64,000 bases of DNA from a virus, in IMG/VR virus record IMGVR_UViG_3300009161_000003, positions 48,923-112,922 of that record; one strand, given 5' to 3'. Position numbers and translations under genes: made by a program. Position 1 is the first letter of the stretch; each line of letters opens with the position of its first letter. Shown in pieces: positions 1-6,983 of the stretch. Under the pieces are notes generated by a model, which saw nothing but the letters and a program-made list of their open reading frames with translations, did no database searches and was not told where the DNA came from.

Positions 1-472
1 TATTATTTACATTATGGTTATCAACATTTTTTCCATGAACAATATAGTGTGTTGTTGATGGTTCTGCATTGATTGAATAGTACCCATGAAAACGAGGTGC
101 TGGGAATGGACCATGATCATGCCAATCTAATTTTCCCTTTTTTGTAAAATTAACATTAAACCAACCTTGAACCATAAACTTTTGTTTGCTAAAATCAATA
201 TCATAGTATTCACAAGCCTCTTTAATTAATTCAGAAAGACCTGTGTATACATTATAAATTTCTGGATTATAAAATTGAAAAACATTGTAATCTCTCCATT
301 TTATGGTAGAAATACTTTGAGAATCAACAAAGTTATCTGACTTAGGGTCTAATGGAGTAATTCCTTTAATTTGTTCATTTTGTATTTCATCGTAAGTTTT
401 AAGCAAAAAACCTTTTAATTTATCAAGATCATTGTCTAAAAATCTTTCAAAAAACTTATGTTCTTTTTTCAT
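1..472 (-). CDS. 2OG-Fe(II) oxygenase-like protein, 3' end runs off the window; paralog of 2726..3442
   Basis: Not in the ORF track. Manual translation from ATG at 472: MKKEHKFFERFLDNDL...WFNVNFTKKGKLDWHDH...FHGYYSINAEPSTTHY, closely similar to 2726..3442. TGATATACT promoter-like motif at 497-505. Confidence 0.75.
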   Translation of the reverse strand, partial: MKKEHKFFERFLDNDLDKLKGFLLKTYDEIQNEQIKGITPLDPKSDNFVDSQSISTIKWRDYNVFQFYNPEIYNVYTGLSELIKEACEYYDIDFSKQKFMVQGWFNVNFTKKGKLDWHDHGPFPAPRFHGYYSINAEPSTTHYIVHGKNVDNHNVNN

Positions 473-502
473 AACAAAACCTTTCTATTTCTAATAAGTA
501 TA

Positions 503-1237
503 TCATAAATACGTCTTCTTTTGCCATGTAGTTTTTCTGTAATACCCAGTTACATTTGTCCTTCTTTTCTCTTCAGATATATTTTTTTTTGCATACTCTT
601 TTTCATCAATCACAATCTCTTTTTGCCAAGGCTCCCTTTTTATTGGCAGCATCTGGCATATAGGAGTTCCTTTTGGAATAATTCCAAAGAAATTCTTTTT
701 TATAAAAATTGGAATAAAGGCAGGCAGACCCCAGATATCTGAATCAACAACGGCAGATGAAGTATAAAATGGTAAATCATATCTATTGAATGGATGAGTA
801 ATTAAAATAGAGTACCCTTTAGGTGTTTCATAAAACCAATTCATTTTTATACCAAAATGAATAGGATGGCATTCTAGTGGAATAGCCATATCTACAGCGG
901 GTCTTTTGTCTACTAAAATTATTCCACTATTCCACGAAAGAGAAGGAATTCCATCCTTATCTAATTCTACTAATAGGTCCTCCTCTAAACAATACATATA
1001 CCCCATTACCATTGCGTCAAAAAAAGGTAAACAAAGTTTAGTAGACACATTGCTTCCATCTACCCCTCTATCGTTGATTGGTGCCAAATCTTTTAATTTA
1101 TTGCTTGCTCCTCCATATGGAGATAAATCTTTATACCAATCTGGAAGGCACTTTATAGCCTCTACTGGAGGAGACAACCTTTTAGTAAAATCAGAAGCAC
1201 CTTCACTTGCAACAAAAGTTATTTTTTTATTTTTCAC
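503..1237 (-). CDS. Conserved phage protein (DUF6065-like, possibly dUTPase-like beta fold); paralog of 58357..59073
   Basis: Shares LPDWYKD, C.PFFDA..GY, TPKGYS, SAVVDSD, KGTP..Q..P.KR..W and W.KK.Y motifs with 58357..59073. Confidence 0.6.
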   Translation of the reverse strand: MKNKKITFVASEGASDFTKRLSPPVEAIKCLPDWYKDLSPYGGASNKLKDLAPINDRGVDGSNVSTKLCLPFFDAMVMGYMYCLEEDLLVELDKDGIPSLSWNSGIILVDKRPAVDMAIPLECHPIHFGIKMNWFYETPKGYSILITHPFNRYDLPFYTSSAVVDSDIWGLPAFIPIFIKKNFFGIIPKGTPICQMLPIKREPWQKEIVIDEKEYAKKNISEEKRRTNVTGYYRKTTWQKKTYL

Positions 1238-1883
1238 TGTACTCCTTTATAATTTTTTTTATAATAACCTTATCTTTAATAATGATATCAAATGCTGGAG
1301 TATTGTTTTCAATAATAAAAAAACCATCTTTTATCATTGATTCTTGTTTCTTAATTAAAAAATATATCCACTTTGGGTAAATATGTTTTAGTTTTATATC
1401 TATTTTATTTAATTTAATTGTTTCTGGAAAAACAAAAAACGGAGAACTTAAAATATTTCTGATCTCAACATCAACATCTTCATCAATAATCCATTGTGTA
1501 TACATCTTGTATTGTGCTAAGTAGCAGTCATCTTTATCTTGTAAAACCCTATCTGATGGATAAAATTGTCTTAGCCATGTTTTATCTAATGCATAAATAT
1601 TATGAACACCTTTTCTTTCAACCCATATGTCTGCATGTGTATGTTGTCTTAAAACAATGTAATCATTTTCTAAGATTAATTCTGGCCTTATTCCAAAGTT
1701 AAGGGCATAAGCATTAACAGGTTTTACTATATTATTTTTGTATTTACTATTTAAAACCCCTTCAATTTTTGTCCACTTTCTAGGCACATTTGAAATATTT
1801 TGAATTTCATAAAAATCAATATTCGCAGAGTTAAGCCAAAATTTTGATCCAACTATATTGTTAAGCACATTATCATGAGACAT
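1227..1883 (-). CDS. Hypothetical protein
   Basis: 218-aa AT-rich ORF overlapping the start of the next gene; no recognisable motif. Confidence 0.6.
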   Translation of the reverse strand: MSHDNVLNNIVGSKFWLNSANIDFYEIQNISNVPRKWTKIEGVLNSKYKNNIVKPVNAYALNFGIRPELILENDYIVLRQHTHADIWVERKGVHNIYALDKTWLRQFYPSDRVLQDKDDCYLAQYKMYTQWIIDEDVDVEIRNILSSPFFVFPETIKLNKIDIKLKHIYPKWIYFLIKKQESMIKDGFFIIENNTPAFDIIIKDKVIIKKIIKEYSEK

Positions 1884-1887
1884 ATTG

Positions 1888-1958
1888 AGCCTCTTGCAGG
1901 AATCGAACCTGCACCATCCGCTTACAAGGCGGAAGCACTGCCACTATGCTAAAGAGGC
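1888..1958 (-). tRNA. tRNA-Thr (anticodon UGU), CCA not encoded
   Basis: Full cloverleaf: acceptor GCCTCTT/AAGAGGC, D arm GCAT/GTGC, anticodon arm TCCGC-CTTGTAA-GCGGA, T arm GCAGG-TTCGATT-CCTGC; followed by CAA. Confidence 0.93.
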
Positions 1959-1970
1959 ATTTTTTTGTTC

Positions 1971-2150
1971 TTATTCTAATATCTTGAATACTACTTGGCA
2001 TGGATCTCCACCTTCGTCCCACTCCTGTGCTTCTTCTGGAGTCATATGAGGATCTCCATCATGTGTATTACAAAATGGTGTCGTTATCCATCCCCTTGAA
2101 ATTCCGTTATTAATCCATATATCAAACTCTAATTCTTCTGTTTTGTCCAT
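1971..2150 (-). CDS. Small hypothetical protein (59 aa), possibly metal binding
   Basis: Manual translation MDKTEELEFDIWINNGISRGWITTPFCNTHDGDPHMTPEEAQEWDEGGDPCQVVFKILE. Fills the intergenic gap; TACAAT lies 5 nt upstream of the ATG. Confidence 0.7.
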   Translation of the reverse strand: MDKTEELEFDIWINNGISRGWITTPFCNTHDGDPHMTPEEAQEWDEGGDPCQVVFKILE

Positions 2151-2164
2151 AATATATTGTATCC

Positions 2165-2689
2165 CTAAATACTCACTGTGTCAATTGGACCAAGACATGA
2201 TGTAGAAAATTTAATGGCAGATGAAACAGCATTTATAGATCTTTTGCGAGCATCTTTTTGATTTTCAGTAGCGTGTAAATTTCCTAATGCATATTGCATT
2301 CCAGATCCCATTACTAAATAATCTCCAGTGTATTGTGTTAAAGACATATCCGCAGCACTGTGCTCAAAGATCTTTCCTTTAACGCAAATAATCATTCCAA
2401 AATCAGAATCTTTTGATACATCTACCCACCACTCATTATAAAAATCACGAAGTTCTTTAATAAATTTAGTGTACATAAATTTTTCAATATTATTTCCAGT
2501 TGGAATTGATGGTTTAAAATTATGTTTTATTCTATCGCCATCCATAGTTCCTGCGTATCCAAATAGGTATGGACCTTGTTGCCAAACTTTTGAGGTGGCA
2601 CATTGAAGTATGATTTCATCGTCAGATACGCCTCTTTCGCCAGACATATAAATTTTTTCATCTTTGCGAACAACGACAATACAAGTCAT
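2165..2689 (-). CDS. HslV/proteasome-beta-like Ntn-hydrolase (threonine protease)
   Basis: N-terminal M-T-C-I-V places Thr as nucleophile after Met removal; FGYAG and VMGSGMQYALG motifs; 174 aa. Confidence 0.7.
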   Translation of the reverse strand: MTCIVVVRKDEKIYMSGERGVSDDEIILQCATSKVWQQGPYLFGYAGTMDGDRIKHNFKPSIPTGNNIEKFMYTKFIKELRDFYNEWWVDVSKDSDFGMIICVKGKIFEHSAADMSLTQYTGDYLVMGSGMQYALGNLHATENQKDARKRSINAVSSAIKFSTSCLGPIDTVSI

Positions 2690-2725
2690 GCTACTCCCTT
2701 AGTTTTGTTATTTTTTTTAATATTA

Positions 2726-3442
2726 TTATGCTTCATCATAGATCTGAGGTAATGGAAAATAATGTTGTTCCCAAAAAGTTTCATGTTCTTGAAATTTAGA
2801 ATTAAGAAAATCTTTTTGTAAAGCCATATTTAATGGAATTATATCGTATGCAATTGTAATTCTTGGACCATCAAAATTCCAATCAGACATTGCGTGTGGA
2901 AAACCAACTAAAGACAATATTGCACGATTATTAATGTTATGATTTATTTTTATATCTCCATTAATATTATAATGTGTTTCAGAAGGTTCTGCACTTACAG
3001 AATAATATCCATGAAGAGCAAAAACTTTACGATCTGGATGCACATGATCATGCCAATTTAACTTTCCACCCTTTTCATTATTGTTAATATTAAACCATGA
3101 TTGACATACAAATTTTTGACTATTATAGTCCACATCATAATACTTACAGGCTTCTCTTGTCATGTCAACAACAGAGGAATAAAGGTCATGGATAAATGGG
3201 TAGTACATTTTAAAAGCATTATATTCTCTAGATTTTATTGTAGAAATAGAATTTGATTCTTTAAAAAATTCATTTTCTGGATGAAGAGTATCAAACTTTT
3301 TTACTCCACGCATTTCACCATTAAGAATTCTATCATATTCAAATTCTAAAACTTCTGTTGCTTCTTTTAAATCTATATTTAAATCTCTATAAAAAAACTT
3401 TTGTGGCTTATAGTTTTTATTAAAATAAGGTACCTTGCCCAT
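2726..3442 (-). CDS. 2OG-Fe(II) oxygenase-like protein
   Basis: WFNIN...WHDH...HGYY...FPHAM...RITIAYD fits a DSBH fold with His ligands and a C-terminal Arg. Confidence 0.65.
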   Translation of the reverse strand: MGKVPYFNKNYKPQKFFYRDLNIDLKEATEVLEFEYDRILNGEMRGVKKFDTLHPENEFFKESNSISTIKSREYNAFKMYYPFIHDLYSSVVDMTREACKYYDVDYNSQKFVCQSWFNINNNEKGGKLNWHDHVHPDRKVFALHGYYSVSAEPSETHYNINGDIKINHNINNRAILSLVGFPHAMSDWNFDGPRITIAYDIIPLNMALQKDFLNSKFQEHETFWEQHYFPLPQIYDEA

Positions 3443-3445
3443 AAA

Positions 3446-3499
3446 ACCCCTTCAGTAGTAGATACATTAATTGTACCACTTAAAGGGGTCTTATGTCAA
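3446..3499 (-). promoter_or_regulatory. Sigma70-type promoter (TTGACA-N18-TACAAT) embedded in a terminator-like hairpin that covers the downstream SD
   Basis: -35 at 3494-3499 and -10 at 3470-3475; inverted repeat ACCCCTT..AGTGGTA / TACTACT..AAGGGGT followed by TTT and the ATG. Confidence 0.7.
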
Positions 3500-3515
3500 C
3501 TAAGGGGATTTGTCC

Positions 3516-3806
3516 TTATTTAGACTTTTTGTCCACTGACGAGAATGCTGCATTAATTTCTTGAATTGTAAGTTTGCCATCGTCAAGAAACCCTCTAGCC
3601 AGTCTTTCAACTACAGTTGCCACTCCTAGCGTTCCAGCCAGAATAACAGCCTTTGTTGTACTAATTCCCACTACTGCTCCAGCACCTATTACAGATAGTC
3701 CTGATGCTGCAAATACCGCAACAATTCGCATAACAATATTATTTATGCTTGCAATTGCTCCTGATCCGACTTGGGTAGCCTCTTCAATTTGTTTTGCTCT
3801 TGCCAT
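3516..3806 (-). CDS. Small membrane protein with C-terminal DDGKL motif
   Basis: Two hydrophobic segments; C-terminus LDDGKLTIQEINAAF. Confidence 0.7.
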   Translation of the reverse strand: MARAKQIEEATQVGSGAIASINNIVMRIVAVFAASGLSVIGAGAVVGISTTKAVILAGTLGVATVVERLARGFLDDGKLTIQEINAAFSSVDKKSK

Positions 3807-3808
3807 TT

Positions 3809-3979
3809 TTATTCCTCCTTTTTATTTCTGATTGGATAACTTATCATCCAAGCAATAAATGTACCTATAATTGCATAACCAACTACTGTTTTAGCACTTC
3901 CGTCTAAAACAACCCAGGCAATGAACATGCCAAGGATGGTCCAAAGTTGATCTATCATATCTTTTAGTATTTTTACCAT
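3809..3979 (-). CDS. Small two-TM membrane protein (56 aa)
   Basis: Manual translation [56 protein letters not shown]. Start overlaps the upstream stop codon; its 3' end supplies GGAGG as SD for the next gene. Confidence 0.7.
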   Translation of the reverse strand: MVKILKDMIDQLWTILGMFIAWVVLDGSAKTVVGYAIIGTFIAWMISYPIRNKKEE

Positions 3980-6267
3980 CTCTCATTCCTCCTTGACCCT
4001 GATGAGCCACTGCCTGACCCTCCAGAATTTCCTCCTCCAGTTGACCCACCTGAAGATCCTGCTGCGCCTGCTGCTCCTGTGGCTGCTCCAACAGCATTAA
4101 TTGCTGCTCCTGCAGCGATAACTGTTGCAACAACTGCGTCTGTAGATTCATTTCTTTCTTCATCACTCATGTCTGCTCCAACATTTCCAAATGCTGCCAA
4201 TGCTGCTCCTGGATCTGAAAATGCTGCTGATAACAACGCTCCTGGGTCTGTCAATAACTCTAAAGAAACAGCAACTTCTGCTGTAATCACAACTTCATTT
4301 CCATTCACATCTGTACGAACCTCAACTGGAGTTTCTGGTGGAAGATCTTGTAACTGAATGCCTGCTTCAGCAACCTGTTCTTTTGTAAGGTTTTCTCCTG
4401 GCGCTACAGATTGAATAAGAGCGTCAGCAACAATATTTTTTTCTGCTTCAGATAACTTTCCATCTCCACTTACTAAATCAATAATTGCTTTTAAATCTTC
4501 TTTTGAAACTTCTCCATCTGAAGCAAGTGCATCTAATACTGCTTCTTTATCTGCCAATGAAAGTTTTCCATCTTTTGCTAATGCTTCAATTAATTGATTA
4601 GTTTCTTTTGTATCAATTTTTCCATCTGCAGACATTACATCTGCAATATCTGAAACTTCTGAACTATCTAATTTACCATCAGACAATGCATCAGACACAG
4701 TGTTATTTACTGCTTCTTGAGTTCCATTATCTATAGCATCTGCTTCAGCCTGTGCATTTGCTTCTTCTTGTGCCAGTGCTTCAGACTCTGCTTTAGCATT
4801 CGCCTCTTCTTGTGCTAATGCTTCGGCTTCTGCCTGAGCATCCGCTTCTGCTTGTGCTTGAGCCTCTGCTTCTGCTTTAGCGTCTGCCTCAGCCTGCGCT
4901 AGTGCTTCGGCCTCTGCTTGGGCATCAAGTGTTGCTTGTGCTAATGCCTCAGCCTCCGCTCTTGCATCCGCTTCTGCTTGTGCTTGAGCCTCTGCCTCTG
5001 CTTGTGCTTGAGCCTCTGCCTCTGCTTGTGCTTGTGCATCTGCAATTGCTTGCGCTTGAGCCTCTGCTTGTGCTTGTGCTGCATTTGCTGCTGCTATTGC
5101 AGCATTTTGTGCAGCAACTTGTGCGTTATATGCAGCAATGGCTGCTTCGGCCTCTGCTTGGGCTTGTGCTGCTTGTTGTGCAATTAATCTTGCTGCTTCT
5201 TCTTCTAGTCTTGCAATTTCAGCAAGTCTAGCAATTTCTGCTAACCTGTCTATCTCAGCAAGTCTAGCAACCTCAGCAAGTCTAGCAACTTCCGCAAGAC
5301 GTGCAATCTCTGCTAATCGTGCAACCTCTGCTAAACGGGCAACCTCTGCAAGTCTGGCTTCCTCTGCTTGTGCATCAATGATCGCTTGCGCTGCTGCAAT
5401 TTCTTCTGCAGTAAGACCTATCTTTAATGTAACAACGTTTGAATTTGCAGAATACATTTGCAATGTATCGTTATCTGATCTAATATTAAATGACCAAACC
5501 GTTCCACTTGGCTTTAGATTTGTTAGTACTGAGTGGTTAATTGTTATTGTTGTATTAAGAGAGTTGGGTTCTCCAACATTTCCTGTTGCTATTCCCCATC
5601 CCCCGCCATCTGCGCTAAAAGAAATAGCATATCTTTCTGGCTGAGTATTACCAGTATTAGGTGCTTCCCAAGTTAATACTGTTGATGTTTCTCCATCTAC
5701 TACTGTTAAATTTCTTGGGGCACCTATAGTTAGGGGTGCTTGTGAAGTAAAGGCTTCTGCTGGAATAATTTGCATTGATCCAGATTGATTCCAATATAGG
5801 AACACATTTGCTCCCCCACCATTTTCGTAATACATTAATTCTATAGTTTTAGGAACTCCTGCTGTAAAAGAAACTGGAGCACTTGTAGTTCCTCCACCAC
5901 CCTTATCACGCCAGTCGTTTGTTATTAAAGTGCCATCAAGATATAATTTAGTTCCATCATCTGCTGTTGCTAAAAACGATATGTTTTGGGTAGTGTTGCT
6001 AAGTATTGATCCTGTAAATCTTACAATTACGTCTTCTGAAGGTCCTCCAAGAACACTTCCACTTCCCCATTGAAAATTAATATTGGGCACAGTTGTTATT
6101 AAAGTTGGAGACATTCCTTGTGGTATATAGGGAGCAGCATTTTGACCTTGCACATTATAGACTTCTGCAGTTAAACCCTCTGTTGCATGGGCTTTTTCTG
6201 AGTACCCGAAAAATAAAGACCCGACGACAAGGCCTAAAACAATTAACGTTCTAAGTGATTTTTTCAG
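3973..6267 (-). CDS. Secreted/membrane-anchored protein: signal peptide, PA14 domain, FN3 domain, Ala/Glu/Gln coiled-coil stalk, DGK repeats, C-terminal hydrophobic anchor
   Basis: PA14 motifs ([31 protein letters not shown]); FN3 (APRNL..LTWEAP...Y). The frame stays open upstream of 6153 to CTG at 6267, after AGGAG, giving signal peptide (M)[27 protein letters not shown]. Confidence 0.8.
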   Translation of the reverse strand: MKKSLRTLIVLGLVVGSLFFGYSEKAHATEGLTAEVYNVQGQNAAPYIPQGMSPTLITTVPNINFQWGSGSVLGGPSEDVIVRFTGSILSNTTQNISFLATADDGTKLYLDGTLITNDWRDKGGGGTTSAPVSFTAGVPKTIELMYYENGGGANVFLYWNQSGSMQIIPAEAFTSQAPLTIGAPRNLTVVDGETSTVLTWEAPNTGNTQPERYAISFSADGGGWGIATGNVGEPNSLNTTITINHSVLTNLKPSGTVWSFNIRSDNDTLQMYSANSNVVTLKIGLTAEEIAAAQAIIDAQAEEARLAEVARLAEVARLAEIARLAEVARLAEVARLAEIDRLAEIARLAEIARLEEEAARLIAQQAAQAQAEAEAAIAAYNAQVAAQNAAIAAANAAQAQAEAQAQAIADAQAQAEAEAQAQAEAEAQAQAEADARAEAEALAQATLDAQAEAEALAQAEADAKAEAEAQAQAEADAQAEAEALAQEEANAKAESEALAQEEANAQAEADAIDNGTQEAVNNTVSDALSDGKLDSSEVSDIADVMSADGKIDTKETNQLIEALAKDGKLSLADKEAVLDALASDGEVSKEDLKAIIDLVSGDGKLSEAEKNIVADALIQSVAPGENLTKEQVAEAGIQLQDLPPETPVEVRTDVNGNEVVITAEVAVSLELLTDPGALLSAAFSDPGAALAAFGNVGADMSDEERNESTDAVVATVIAAGAAINAVGAATGAAGAAGSSGGSTGGGNSGGSGSGSSGSRRNERW
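4740..5362 (-). repeat. Intragenic low-complexity repeats: [12 protein letters not shown] hexapeptides and AQAEAEA-type repeats
   Basis: Visible directly in DNA and protein (18-nt and 24-nt imperfect units). Confidence 0.85.
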
Positions 6268-6320
6268 TTCCCCTTCTCCTAGGTCAACATTGTTGACTAT
6301 TATATTATAACATTATATTA

Positions 6321-6438
6321 AAAAGTGAGCAGTTTATAGACAACTACTCGGGTCTATCGTTCACGGTATTAACCTAACGACTCTCATATAGAGCATCCGT
6401 ATTAAATATAGCCGATCAATGTTTCATAATCTCTATAA
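6321..6438 (-). ncRNA. Putative structured small RNA, or complex terminator with pseudoknot potential
   Basis: TATAAT at 6445-6450 and no ORF. Helices TATAGAG/CTCTATA, GTCGTT/AACGAT, GAGTAG/CTGCTC, plus ATAGAC/GTCTAT cross-pairing; ends in a U tract. Confidence 0.4.
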
Positions 6439-6455
6439 CTATATATTATACAGAA

Positions 6456-6872
6456 TTATTTGATTTTTATAGATTTTGGTTTCTTTTCTTCTGGAATATT
6501 GCGTGTAACTTTAACATTTAACATTCCATCCGTAAGATCAGCAGTTGTTACTTCCATATATTCACCAAGAGCAAATGAACGAGTAAACTTACGAGCAGCA
6601 ATTCCTTTATGTAATACTTCTGCATCAGTTACTGTTGCCTGTTCTCCCTTGATAATTAAGGTTCCTTTATCTACCGCAATATCAAGGCTTTCTTTGCTAA
6701 ACCCTGCTACTGCTAGAGTAATAATATAATTATCATCATCTAGTTTAAGTAGATCATATGGTGGAAATCCACCTGCATTAATTGAATGTGCTTGGTTTAA
6801 TCTATCTAATTCTCGATTAAATCCAATAAAAAAAGGATCTTTAAAAAGATCCATAGCGAACGTTGTTACCAT
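6456..6872 (-). CDS. hsp20: Small heat-shock protein (Hsp20/IbpA family)
   Basis: FPPYD, LAVAGF, HKGIAARKFTRSF and DGML motifs; C-terminal I-x-I. Confidence 0.95.
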   Translation of the reverse strand: MVTTFAMDLFKDPFFIGFNRELDRLNQAHSINAGGFPPYDLLKLDDDNYIITLAVAGFSKESLDIAVDKGTLIIKGEQATVTDAEVLHKGIAARKFTRSFALGEYMEVTTADLTDGMLNVKVTRNIPEEKKPKSIKIK

Positions 6873-6937
6873 TTTCTTTCTCCTTTTCAGCGAGTTAATT
6901 TATATCCCCGTTAGGCAGATACTATATTATTATAACA
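6873..6937 (-). promoter_or_regulatory. hsp20 promoter (TGTTATAAT) and ROSE-like RNA thermometer 5' UTR
   Basis: CTC-G-CT-GAAA-AG-GAG hairpin (6880-6894) with a bulged G opposite the SD; second hairpin at 6902-6922. Confidence 0.65.
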
Positions 6938-6938
6938 C

Positions 6939-6968
6939 AAAAGGCAGGGAACTTATGTTACCCTGCCC
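6939..6968 (-). terminator. Rho-independent terminator after the S-layer-like gene
   Basis: GGCAGGG-TAACATAAGTT-CCCTGCC followed by TTTT on the minus strand. Confidence 0.8.
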
Positions 6969-6983
6969 TAAGTGTTGGACTAT

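Noticed and set aside
3891-4166. 91-aa minus-strand ORF overlapping the PA14 gene end
   Set aside because: Alternative-frame shadow; the coupled 56-aa ORF 3809..3979 explains the region better.
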